Positions 1-11,687 of a stretch of DNA of 64,000 bases are shown here, piece by piece. Source of the DNA: an uncultured Planctomycetota bacterium (GTDB lineage: Bacteria; Planctomycetota; Planctomycetia; Isosphaerales; Isosphaeraceae). The first letter of the stretch is position 1. Each line of letters starts with the position of its first letter. The notes under the pieces were generated by a model. That model was not told where the DNA came from. It worked only from the letters and a program-made list of their open reading frames with translations, and did no database searches. Both the position numbers and the translations under genes were made by a program. The stretch lies in NCBI GenBank assembly GCA_963845755.1, contig CAWJTV010000011.1:1280001-1344000 (forward strand). Reading direction: 5' to 3'.

Positions 1-220
1 GAGACTAGCCTCCGCGCCGCGATCGAGCAATCGGATGAGTTCGTCTGGATCTATACGGAGAAACCCCGATGGTGGTCCGACAAGGGCGGAGCGGTCGATC
101 TGCCACCGGTATACGTCGAGACCGTACGGCGCGTCCGGCGGGCGCTGGTGGGGGAATGAAAAGGGTGCTTTCATCGGGGCCCTGTCGGAGAGGAGCACGG
201 ACGGAATGGTTGAGAGCCGA

Positions 221-3200
221 TCAGAAACTCGTCTCCGTCGATTCGTTGCTGATCCGCGAGAAACCGGGTGCGAACATCCCGGCCCATCGGGGTGGCGAGA
301 CGATCCCTTGTTCCTGGAGCGCTTTCTCGGCGGCCTCGCGGAGTGCGCGAGACTCGGCGTCGGTCAGGACCTCGCCGAGGCGGTAGCGCATGAGGTGGGC
401 GTGGAGCGGCATGTCGGCCTGATCATAAAGCGTGGACGCTGAGGTGAGCGCGTCGGCGGCGCGGACGGGGTCTTCCTGGCAGGCGGCGATGGCGGCGCGG
501 ATGTAATGGGCATGGGCGACGCCCCAGGCCTGTCCCTCGCGCTCGAGCTGCTGGGCATCGCGGCCGGCCTGGAGCAAAAGCGCCTCGGGCTCGGTGGACT
601 TCTCCGCGATCGCCACGGCGATGCGTGCCCGCTGCTCGAGCATCTGGATGCGAATCAGTTGGATGCGGAAGAGCAACGAACGGGAATACTCGGGCCAGGT
701 GGCGTCGACGCGGGCCCAGGCCCGGGCGATCGCGCCGCGATAGAGGTCCAGGTGGATCAGGGCATCGAAGGCGGAGACGTGCTGGAGGTTGAATGGCCCG
801 TTGCCCCGTCGGTTCAGGAATGCTTCGAGATCGGCCTCCGACCCCGGGGTCTCGTTGCCGGCCAGCTTGATCATGGTCATGTAGAACGAGGTCAAGGTCG
901 TGGCGGCGTAGAGGTCGCCGCGATCGCGGGCCTCCTGGTACAGGACGGTCCATCGCCGCTTGAGCTCGTCCATCTGGCCCAGTTGCAGCAACGCCCGCAG
1001 GGCGAAGTTGCTCCCGGTATCGCGCTCCCAGGCGACGCCCGTGCAATGATTGCGGAAGAGGTCCTCCGCCCGATCGAGGGCGGTCTGGGCGTCCTTCCAG
1101 CGGCCGAACAGGAGCGAGCTGAGCCCGCGCACCAACTCGACCATCCCCCGGGCGTGGGGAGAATCGATCCGCTGCGCCAGGGCCTCGGCGACCGCCAGCA
1201 GCGCCGCGACGCGCGGCACGGCGGACAGGCCGACGGTGGCCCGATGTGCCGCCTCCATGGCCAGGGCGCGGGCGATGCGAAACGGCTCGCCGGCCCGGAG
1301 TGCCAGCAGGAGCCCGCGGGTCTGGAAGTCGGCGCCGCGGATCGGCTCGATCATGCTCAGGCCGGTGACGGCCGACCAGCAGAGGTCGATCCGGGTGAGG
1401 TCCATCGGGGGAACCTGGCTCTGGTCCCGCTCGTGGAAGCGGAGCCCGCGCAACCGGAGCCGGCCCCGATGCCAGATCAACGAGGCGAGGGCGAGGCGGG
1501 GCGTCTCGGGCATGCTCAGGCCCATCTGGGTGAACAGGGTGCGCAGCAGGGTGAGCCCGTCGTCCAGGTGGCCGCTGATGAGGAGTTGGTTCGAGGCCAG
1601 GCGTTTCAACTCCAGGGTCTCGGCCGCCGTGGCGGAGATGGCGGCGGTCAGATAAGCCTGGGCCGCCTCGGCCCCGCGGCCGGCGTTGGTCAGCGCATCG
1701 CCCAGCCGCTTCCACAGGCCGCGGGCCTGGTCCACCGGCCCCGGATGGAGTTCCACCGCGATCCGGTAGAGCCGCGCCGCGTGGTCGAAGGCCAGGGCCG
1801 TCGCGGCTTGATCGGCCCCGCGCGAATAGAACTCGCACGCGCGCCCGGTCTCGCCGGCCCCGCGATAATGCCCGGCGAGGACCTCGGCGTTGACCGAGCC
1901 GGCGGCGGACAGGACCGTCGCCAGTCGTTGGTGATGCCACATCAAGGTCTCCGGCGGCAAGTGGGCCACGACCGTCTCGCGGATCCGGTCGTGGTAGGTC
2001 TCGACGTCGTCCTGCTGGTTCTGGCCGATGCAACGGATCAGCCGGGCCGTGCGGAGCGAGGCCAGGGCCACCCGCCCCCGCCGCCCAGGTCGCCGGCCTG
2101 GAAGGCCAGGGCCTGACGGATCGGGCGTCCCGAGACGGCCACGACCCCCAGCAGCCGCTGCGATTCCTCCGGCTGCCGCTGGATCCGCTCCCAGAGCACC
2201 TCATCCAGATCGAGCTGACCGATCGCCTCCCAGTGATCGATCGGCTCGCCCCCCTGGATGTGTTTGACCAGCTCGTCGATGAAGAGCGGGTTCCCGCCCG
2301 ACTCCCGGGCCACCATGCGCGCCTGGGCCCGCGACACGGCGTCATCCCGCCCCAGCAGGACCAGGGTCAGGGCGCGCGCCTCGGACTGCGTCAAGGGCTC
2401 GACGGCCAGCTCGCGGTGGTCGAGCCGTGAGGAGCCACCGGCGATCGACTTGCGGATCTCGGTCAAGAACGGGCTCCCTTCGGCGTCCTCGGAGCGGAAG
2501 CAGCCCAGGAAAAACAGGACGGGCGACTGCGGCGAGCAGATCAGGTCGGAGAGCAGGATGGCGCTATCGACGTCGCCCCACTGGAGGTCGTCGATGGCCA
2601 GGACCAGGGCGGTCCGCCTCGCCAGCCGGACCAGCAGCTCGCGGAGCCCGGCGAAGGCCCGGCGCCGCAGCTCCTGCGGATCGGGCATCTCCGGCGGCGC
2701 CTGGCGCCGCACCGAGGCCACCGCCTCGACGCTCTGCAACACCGGGAAGACCCGCGCCAGGAACGGCACCTCGGGGGGCAGCAGCGCCTGGACCTCACGC
2801 GCCGTCAGTCCTTTCAGATGCCGCACCAGGGCGTCGATCAAGCTATCCAGCGCCTTGTATGGGACCGATTCGCGCTCGTAACACCGCCCGGCGAGGACGA
2901 CGGCCTCATCCCGGGCGATCAGGCCGTCGAGGAACGACCGGATCAGCGTGGTCTTGCCGGTCCCCGTCCGGCCGAAGACGAAGATCGACTCGGTCCGGCC
3001 CAGGTTCAGGCTGGAGAACACGCCATCGAGGACCTGGAGGTGCCGCGACCGGCCGATCAAGGGGAAGGACCGGTACGGCTCGGGGACGTCGACCAGCTCC
3101 GGGACCTGGCCGCTCAAGAGCGCGATGATCTCGCGACCGCCCGGCCGACGCGTCGGGTCCCGGTCCAGCAGCGTCAGGCAGAGCCGGACCAGGTCCTCCG

Positions 3201-4575
3201 GGATCCCGGCCACCCGCGCGGCCGGCGACGGCGGCGGCTGCGTCCGCTTGGCGATGATCAGCTCCTGGGGCGAACCGGCGAACGGGAGCCGGCCGGTCAG
3301 GGCCTCATAGAGCATGACGCCGACACTGTACCAGTCGCTCGCCGGCGTGATGGTCAACCCGGCCGCCTGCTCCGGCGACATGTGGGCCACCGTGCCGACG
3401 ATCTGACGATCCGGGCTCTTGTGCCGGCCCGAGCTCTCCAGGTCGGCGGTCAGCCCGAAGTCCAGCAGGACGACCCGTCCCTCGAGGGTCACCAGGACAT
3501 TCGTCGGCTTGATGTCCCGATGCAGCTTCCCCGATCGATGCAGCGCATCGACTCCGGCGGCCAACTGCCGCATCGCATCGCGGAGGCGGGCATCATCGAA
3601 GACGGGCGACCCTGGGCCGTCGCGGACGGCCCCGGGTGCCGTTGGCGTCGCGATCCCTTCGCCTCGACCCGAAGCCGTGTTTCCCGAGGCGCAGCGCGGG
3701 ACGCTCACCGACAGCCGGTCCCTGAGGTAGGTGACGAAGTCGCAACCCTCGACCAGCTCCATCGTGAAGAACCACCGATCTTCGACGACGAACATCTCAT
3801 ACAGGTTGACCAGGTTCGGATGAGTGATATCGCTCAGCGCGCGGAATTCTTGCTTGAACCGGACCAGGGCCGCGGGATCCATGCGTCGCATGGTCTTGAG
3901 GGCGACGAGCTCCCCGCGCTGCTGGTCATAGGCCTCGTAGACGACGCCCATCCCGCCCGCGCCCACGCGGCGGACCAGCGTGAACCGCACGGAGTTGAGC
4001 ATCGCCCGGAGGCTCTCGGCCTCCGACCTGAGATGATGGTGCTCGTCCAGTGCGTAGGACAGGTTCTCATAATCACCGGTCTCGCCGACAGCGGTCGGGC
4101 CGCGGGTGACCCGCAGGTCGCTCGGGGGGTTCGGCAGGGCCGCCGTGGAGGAGACTTCGCGAGCCAGGGCGGCCGGATCGACCTCGGTGTCGTTCCGCCG
4201 CGACTCGAAGGCGACCGGCTCGGTGGGCGTCTCCGAGAGCACAAGGGACGGCGAGTGGCCCGCGATGGTCTCGTTCAACCGGCCGAACGACCGGCGCCGT
4301 TCTTGACGCTCGCCGTCGACCAGCGGACGGATGAGCTCGCCACGTTCGGCGATGTCCGGGAACGCCGACAGATAGACGCGGATCGGAAGCGGCAGCCCGT
4401 GCCGCCATCGCTGATGCTGATCGACCAGCAACACCTCGAGCCGGTCCTCGGCGCCCACGGCCAGATGCGACGACAGGAAGCTGAAGACATCGGGGACGGG
4501 CGGCCCGGCCTCCCAGAGGCGCGCGAACTGCCCGGCCAGGCACTCGTCCTCATTCGAGCCGGAATTGGAATTCAT
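221..4575 (-). CDS. Ser/Thr protein kinase fused to AAA_16-like ATPase and helical/TPR-like C-terminus (frameshift near 2075)
   Basis: Kinase motifs GAGGMGVV, VALK, HRDIKPTN, DFG, MSPEQ; Walker A GRTGTGKTT and Walker B LAIDDLQW. ORFs 2038..5199 and 221..2071 join across one frameshift. Likely ATG at 4575 (MNSNSG). Confidence 0.85.
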
Positions 4576-4874
4576 CGCCCGGTGACTCCCGTCGCCCGCC
4601 ACGATCGCGACTCGTGCGAGTTTCCGGGAACCGTCTCTCACCCCGGTGCTGGTCCCCCGGAATTCGTCGCAAGTCTCCCTAGGATACGGAGGCAACGGTG
4701 CGCCAGGCAATCGAGGACCCGGGCCGATCGGCGACATAGAAGCGATCCTTGCTTGCGATGGGTGATTGATTGCGATCTTCCTGCTTTGTACGTCCGGTTG
4801 ACGAGTCGCACGCACGCTGCCACGCTTGAGTTGTCCCATCGTGTCGCGCCGACGTTGGGCCGGTCCACTATTCC

Positions 4875-5125
4875 CTAAATTCCGATTATTTTGCCTGACC
4901 CCTACAGCCGTGGCTTCGTTTTTCGCCTTTGACGGGGGCCGGACGGCGAGTTTGGGTTCGTTTTGCGACGTTCGCTGCCATGGGGTTAATCCGCTTTTCC
5001 GCAAATTCGTTATATTTTGCCCAGTCGTTACAATCGTGGCTTCGTTTGAGGCGTTTCGCGATGGCCGGTCCTGGGTCCGTTCACTCCTCTCAGGCCGGCC
5101 GGAGGGCGGGCCTGGGTTCGTTTGG
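4875..5125. repeat. Short array of GG(C/G)TTCGTTT motifs with an internal ~126-bp tandem duplication
   Basis: Motif near 4910, 4953, 5036, 5072 (degenerate) and 5113. AAATT..TATTTTGCC..GTGGCTTCGTTT recurs 126 bp apart. Confidence 0.55.
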
Positions 5126-5311
5126 CGGCTTTCGCATCGGCGTGTTTCTTCGTGACCCGACGCCCGAGCCCCCAGGCCTGATCCTCTTCGGTTTCGCATC
5201 GCATCACCCTCGGATCAGCTTATTTGCGCACCCCGAACGCTCTTGGGAAGTCCCGACGTGCTTATTATAGGCAATTCTGGCGGTTCCGGCCACAACTTTA
5301 AAAAGAATCTG

Positions 5312-5498
5312 AGAGTCGGTTCCCAAAGCCCCAGAGGGGCGACCGGACGTAGCCAGGGGCGTGAGCCCCTGGACGATCTGTCGCCCCTCCGGGGCTCCCC
5401 GAATCGGGGGAACCCCCCTCGTCCAGGGGCTCACGCCCCTGGCTACGTGCTTCCGCCCCCATCCGGGGGCTCAGGAAGGGACTTAGGGAACAGACTCT
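5312..5498. mobile_element. MITE-like element enclosing a REP-like palindrome
   Basis: TIRs AGAGTCGGTTCCCAAAG / AGAGTCTGTTCCCTAAG (15/17). Internal IR AGCCAGGGGCGTGAGCCCCTGG..CCAGGGGCTCACGCCCCTGGCT. Confidence 0.65.
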
Positions 5499-5587
5499 AA
5501 AGGTGCTCGGAAAAAATGAATCCACTGGCACGCTGTCTGCTCTTGAGTCCTTCGGAGAGTGATCTCCCGAACCGAAGGAGGACCACC

Positions 5588-6354
5588 ATGAAACCCCTTG
5601 GCGTCTCCGACCTCGCACGTGGAATTCGCCCTGGAGCCCTTGCTGCCACCCCCGCCTCCGCGCCGCTTCCGCTTCCAGGCCGGGACGCAAACCCCTGGAC
5701 TACCGCAAGATCCTCACCGGCATCTTGTTCGTGCTCAAGACCGGCATCGCCTAGGGACGACTTGCCCGCCGACCTCGGCTGCGGCTGCGGCAAGACCTGC
5801 CGGTCCTACCTGCAGGCGGTGGCAGCAGGCCGGTGCGTCCTGGCGCCAGTTGCACGCCGTCTTGCTGGCGCGCGCTGGACGGGCGTCGACGCGATCGACT
5901 GGGAGCGGTGCCGTGATCGACGCCTCCTTCGCCAAGGCCCCGGAAGGGGCGGCGAGGACATGGTCCGGATCGATGGAGCGGAGCAAATCCGGCAATAAGT
6001 TCCACGAGGACCGGAGCAAATCCGGCAGCAAGCACCACGTGATGACCGACGCCCAAGGCGTGCCGCTGGCGGCGACGGTGACCGCCGCCAACGTCCCCGA
6101 GATCACCCAGGTCTTCACGACGCTCGACGACATGCCGCCGGTGGGCGGCAAGCCGGGGCCGAAGCGGCAGAAGCCCGACCGCTTGCAGGGGGATCGGGGC
6201 TACGACTCGGAACCGGTGCGGCAGGGTTTGCGCAGGCCGGGGGACCACGCCGGTGCTGGCGGCCCGCAAGACGGAGCACGGCAGCGGTTTGGGCAAGTCC
6301 CGCTGGTACGTAGAGCGGACCATCGCGTGGCTGCACTCCTTCGGCCGGCTCTAA
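5588..6354 (+). pseudogene. IS5-family transposase, degraded
   Basis: Segments ILTGILFVLKTGI, AVIDAS, GSKHHVMTDAQGVPL, GDRGYD and RWYVERTIAWL in different frames; in-frame TAG near 5752; 33-bp internal duplication at 5980/6013. Confidence 0.85.
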
Positions 6355-6763
6355 GACGCGACTGGCCGCTGCGGACAGAGGTCGAGTGCCATCGCCTGGA
6401 ACCCGATCGTATCGTGTCTTCGAGCGAGAACGCCGACATCGGCGGATGAGGTCAAACTCCGACCTTCTCCAGGTTCCTGTCGCGCATTCGGATCTCCTCG
6501 ATGAGACCTTCAGCTTCCGTGGATGCTTGGAGCCTGGTACGACCTAGCCGTAGGATTCGTCGAACCTCCTCCCGGACGCCATTCGAATGGAGGCGGAACT
6601 GACCGACCACGACCGGTTCGAGATCCTCAAGGCTCTCGTCGGGATACTCGTAGAGGTCAAGCCTCTCAATGGCGTGCAGCGCGATTGCTACGCCCCGCTT
6701 GTACCGGGCTTTCATTCGCGTCCGCCGCCTGAGAGCACATCAGTCGTTGATCGAAAACGAGGG

Positions 6764-8842
6764 TCATCGCCCAAGCAAGGCGGCGACTGGGGTTGCCGTC
6801 ATCGGCTCAAAGATCTCCGTTCCGTCGGGTGCGGGCGCGGCGTGCAGGGCGCCGCAGTGTTCACACGACTCGCGTGTGACCACGCGGAGCTTACGACATT
6901 CTGGGCAGGAGACACGCGCCGGCCATTCCTGCAATACCAGCATCAGGACGAAGCCGACCCAGCCGAAGACCAGGCCCATCAGCGCCCAGCCGATCCCGCG
7001 CGCCGGGAAAAGGCGGAACGGCGGGCCAGCATGGAACAGCCGAGCGCACTGGCCGCAGCCGAGAGCAAGATCAGGGCGACATAGCCGGGGATCAGTCCCC
7101 CGGGAGTCCCTTCAAACCGCGAGGTCCCGGGAACGAAATACCGCATGTTCTCAAGATAATCGAGAAGCACAGGCTGGCGCGTGCTGCGCTTCGAGCGCCC
7201 CTCCCAACGCAGAGACTGCGATAGCCCGACGAGGGTCGCGACCTCCGTCATCGGCGTGACCAGCCCGAAGAACGCCTTGGCATTCGAGGCCGCCGGATAC
7301 GGACGTTGCGGGTGGTCCCGGTGGGCGAGCTCGCGCCCCCCGGCATCGTATTCGTGCAGATGGAATGGCGCGGTCTTGGACTCCTGGGGCTCCACGAAAA
7401 GAGTCCCTGGATTCGGTAGATACCAGGCAAAATTGCGCTCTGGCTTGTCCAACTTGCCCAGCGCGACGAGATAGCCATAGCAGTCGTGGGCCCTCGGCAC
7501 GGACACCATCGGCGAACCCTCCTCGGTCAGGAAGTGGAACGACTTTTCCGTGCCGACGACAAACCACTCATGCTTCGTCAAGAAATCCTCGCACTCGCCT
7601 GCGCTCACCACGGTCTCCCCCGCACTCGGAGTAAAGAGGGCTCGGATCGTGCGCCGGGCAAAATCGACCGTGTCAACGCGGCCAGGAAAAGCCAGGAATG
7701 GAATGTTAAAGGTGTACCAGCGATTATTCTCATATCGAAGCTCTCCTTCGAAAGCGCGGGCCCGGCTGCGCCCCGGGCGGGGTAAACCCATCCGGTCCGA
7801 AACTGCCAAGGAGATGATGGTAATACAGATGGCGGCCGACCAGGCGGCCCTGAGCCTGGTCGTAATACCAGAGTTCGTTGCCTGGCTTCGTCTCGTTCCT
7901 GCATTCCACGTAGAATCGGCCGCTATTGCGATAGCTCGAGAAGAGTGGAGCCCCCATGTAGGAGGCCGGGGCCGCCAGTCTCGGACGATCCACGCTGCGA
8001 TTGAGATCGGGCAGCTCGTGCCCCTCGAGATCGGTCCAGGGACCTATCGGGCCGCGGCCCATGGCGAAGGGCATGGCCACCTCCCGTCCCTGGCGATCGA
8101 TGATCCATTCCCAACAGAACCCGGAATCGAACCACGCGCCGATCGTTTGCTTGCCGAACATGCTCACGATCAAGAGACCTGCAAGGAAGGTCATGGCCAG
8201 GGCGGCCTTGGCGAGACGAGGTTGCGGGGCATAGGCGCCTCCGGCGCAGATGCTGCCCCAGGCCGCCACGCTGACCACCAGACCGATGATCGCGATCGCC
8301 AGCAGGGCCTGCCAGAATTCAGGCAGGACCCACACGAGGAAGGAGCAGAAAAAGGCTGCGGCCAGGGCCAAACCACGGCTGCCATACCAGCGCACGTCTC
8401 GCTGGGCCGTGAGCATCCCCGCGAAGTAGTAGACCAGGCCCGAGAGGATGTCCGCCAGCCAGGGAAGGCTCGTCCGCCAATGATAGGGCGCCAGCAAGTT
8501 GCCCGGTCTCGCCTTCCAGGTCTCGATACACACAAACGGAATGCCCAGCGCGAGCAAGTAGAGGCTCATGCCGGCGATCGCCTTGGCGAGGAAAACACGC
8601 GATGGGTAGAGCGGCCGGTGGAACAGCAGCGAACGCGGGTCGCCGTGTCCGTCAAAGAACACCTGCAGGAACCCGAGCGCCGTGCCGAAGAGGACGCCCG
8701 TGAGGCACAAGAAGAACGCGATTGTGACGTCGGGCATGGGCTCGCCGGGCTTATTGATCAGGAACATGAGCAAGATCGCCAGGCCGGGCAGAGGCACCCA
8801 CTTGAGGTGTTCCCGCCACTCTTTGAAGATCAACGCTTTCAT
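6764..8842 (-). CDS. ABC transporter permease-like protein with large extracytoplasmic domain and C-terminal Zn ribbon (paralog 2; frameshifted)
   Basis: Starts MKALIFKEWRE; several TM segments; ends CPECRKLRVVTRESCEHCG. Highly similar to 9580..11687. Confidence 0.75.
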
Positions 8843-9110
8843 GGTGAGTCCCCCGATTAACTGAATCCTCGTGATAGGGAAAGTGAGCGTGTGATGAGGT
8901 CGCGAGTGCCGCCCATCAATGCCCCGAAGGGGCCGAAACATACCAGCCCGGGGCAACGCCCCGGGGACTGGGACGACCACCCCAATCCCAGCCCTCAAAG
9001 GGCGAGACAAGCCGGGCCGCTCCGTTGAGGTGTTCCGCCCTTTCAGGGCGGTTTTCGTGGGGCTTCCGATTCCCGGGGCGTTGCCCCGGGCTGATCTGTT
9101 TCGGCCCCTT

Positions 9111-9511
9111 GGAACGCTGACGAAACAACCTCCCGATTTCCCCTCGTTCCCATGCTCCGCGTGGGAATGCCGTCCGGGACGCTCCGCGTCCCACGGGCGG
9201 GGCCGAAGGCCGCGACGCAGAGCGTCGAAGAAGGCATTCCCACGCAGGGACCGCTGACGAAACAACTTCCCGAAAACCCGCTGGTAAGTACGAGTCTGTC
9301 CTGGAAGCCTCAATGGCCGTCTCGTAGGGTGCTCTGTGAGCACCGAATTCGGCAAAGTACACCGGATCGGTGCTCACAGAGCACCCTACAAAGACCTTCC
9401 GAGATAGTCACTAAGTACCTCCGGAATCCGGGAAGTTATTTCGTCGGCATTCCGAGCGTGGGAACGAGTTAGGGCTGGTCCGATTCCGGGAAGTTGTTTC
9501 GTCAGCGTTCC
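9111..9511. mobile_element. MITE-A copy 1 (contains MITE-B)
   Basis: TIR GGAACGCTGACGAAACAAC / GTTGTTTCGTCAGCGTTCC. Matches 13831..14024 apart from the insertion. Confidence 0.9.
9248..9453. mobile_element. MITE-B (TIRs related to MITE-A) carrying a GTAG-type REP doublet
   Basis: Ends GGACCGCTGACGAAACAACTTCCCG / CGGGAAGTTATTTCGTCGGCATTCC. Perfect 23-bp IR GTAGGGTGCTCTGTGAGCACCGA at 9324-9346 and 9367-9389. Confidence 0.85.
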
Positions 9512-9579
9512 TCGGGGCGTGGACAACCCGACGTTCCTCGCACCGTCTCGCCCTCGCTTTCCCTCTTGCGTGGACCTAT

Positions 9580-11687
9580 TTAGATTGCTGTCAATGTGAC
9601 GTGCCTTAGCGCACTGGCCGATTCGAAGATCTCCGTGCCGTCGGGTGCCGGTGGGGCGTGCAGGCCACCGCAGTGTTCACACCGGTCGCGTGTGACAACC
9701 CGGAGCTGGCGACAATCCGGGCAGGAGACGCGCGCCGGCCATTGCTGCACCACGAGCATCAGGAGCCACCCGACCCAGCCAAAGAAGAAGCCAACGAGTG
9801 CCCACATGATGCTGCGCCCGCGGGAAAAGGCATAGCGGCGGGCCAGCAGCCAGCAGCCAATCGCGCTGGCCGCTCCCGACAGCACGACCAAGGCGATGTA
9901 GCCGGGAACCAATCCGGTTGGGACCTCTTCAAGCCTGGAGGTACCAGGGATGTAATACCGGCTGTTCTCAAGGTAATCGAGAAGCATGGGCTTCCGGGTG
10001 CTTCCGTTCCGGCGCCCTCCCAGCGCAGGTACGCGCGATGCGCCAACAAGGGCCGCGGCCTCCGTCATCGGCGTCACCGCTCCGAACAAGGCCTTGGCGT
10101 ACGAAGCCGCTGGGTTGGGACGTTTCAGGCCGCTGCGGTGGGCGAGCTCACGACCGGAGGTGTCGTATTCGTGAAAATGGAATGGCGTGGACTTGAACTC
10201 CGCGGGCTCCGCCAATGACTCCATCGGCTCATACCAGGCGAAGAAGCGTTCTGGGTTTTCCAGCCTGCCGAGCATGACGAGATACTTATCCTTCTGGCGG
10301 TCTTGAACCCTCGGTACCGAAAGCACCGGCGCGCCGTCTTCCGTCAGGACATGGAGCGACCTGTCCGTGCCGACGAAAACCCGTTTCCATTCTCGGTCAA
10401 GGTCATCGTCGCAATCACTTCCAAAGGTTATGGTCTCTCCGGCAGCAGGAGTAAAGAGCGTTCGGATCGTGCGCCGGGCAAAATCGACCGCGTACACGCC
10501 GTCCGAGCACACCAGGCACCCGTAGTTCATCTGACCGTAGTACCAACGGATGCGATAGCGAAGCTCTCCGTGGAAGCGTTCCCCCGGGCGCACGCCGGCC
10601 GGAGTAAAACCGTCCGGGCCGAAACGGCCAACGAGCTGATGATAGGACCTGTCGTATCCGACCAGGCGGCCCTCGGCCAGGTCGAAATACCAGACTTCGT
10701 TTCCTGGCTTGGAATCGTTCTTGTATTCGGCGTAGAATCGGCCGGGATTACGGTAACTCCAGAGGTGCGGCGTCTCCATTGCTACACTCGGGGCCTCGAA
10801 GTTGCCATCGCCCTTACCCTCGAACACAGGGAACATCGGCCGTTTGAGGCCGGGCAGCTCCTGTCCGTTGAGGTCGGTCCAAGGGCCTAAATAACCGAGG
10901 GCGGTTATGACCAAGGGAGCCGCCATCACCCGCCCCTGGCGGTGGATTCCGTAGGCCCACCGGAACCCGGAATCGGACCACTCCCCGATCATTTGCTTGC
11001 CGAGCATGCTCAGGATCAGCAGAGCCGCCAGAAAGGTCATCGCCAGGCCAGCCTTGGCGAGCCGCGGCTGGCTGGCATACTCGCCTCCGGCCGAGAAGCT
11101 GCCCCACGCCGCCACGCCCACAAACGACCCGATGATCCCGATCGCTACGAGCGCTTGCCAGAACTCGGGCAGTGTCCAGACCAGGCAGGAGCCGAAGAAG
11201 GCTCCGGCCAGAGCCAAACCCCGGCTGCCGTACCAGCGCACGCGCGCTGGGCCATGAGCATCCCCGCGAAGTAGTAGACCAGGCCCGAGAGAATGTCCGC
11301 CAGCCAGGGAAGGCTCATCCGCCAATGATAGGGCGCCGGCATGTTGCCCGGCGTCGCCTTCCAGGTTTCCAGACACACAAAAGGAATCCCCAGCGCCAGC
11401 AGGTAGAGGCTGACGCCGGCGAGCGCCTTGGCCAGGAAGATGCGCGACGGGCTCAGCGGCCGGTGCAAGAGCAGCGAACGCTTGTCGCCGTGCGCCTCGA
11501 AGACGATCTGCAAAAAGCCGAGCGCCGCGGCGAAGACGACGGCGGTCAGGCAGTAATAGTACGCGTCCGTATCAACGGGCATGGGCGCCTCGGGCTTCTC
11601 GATGGAGAAGACGAGGAGGATGACCAGGCCGGGCAGCGGGACCCACTTGAGGTGTTCCCGCCACTCCTTCAGGATCAGCGCTTTCAT
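9580..11687 (-). CDS. ABC transporter permease-like protein with C-terminal Zn ribbon (paralog 1; frameshifted)
   Basis: Starts MKALILKEWRE; ends CPDCRQLRVVTRDRCEHCG; overlaps the ATPase stop (ATGA). Confidence 0.78.

Larger units (their letters stand above)
8921..9518. repeat. REP/REPIN-like multi-hairpin element interrupted by nested MITEs
   Basis: GCCCCGAAGGGG..CCCGGGGCAACGCCCCGGG..GCCCTCAAAGGGCG..CGCCCTTTCAGGGC..CCCGGGGCGTTGCCCCGGG..CCCCTT|TCGGGGC. Uninterrupted relative at 55995..56184. Confidence 0.8.

Noticed and set aside
4576..5199. N-terminal extension of the kinase as in ORF 2038..5199
   Set aside because: It spans a repeat-rich, non-protein-like region; the recognisable domain starts near the ATG at 4575.
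6452..6715. 87-aa ORF
   Set aside because: No recognisable motif and a competing ORF on the other strand; cannot be supported.
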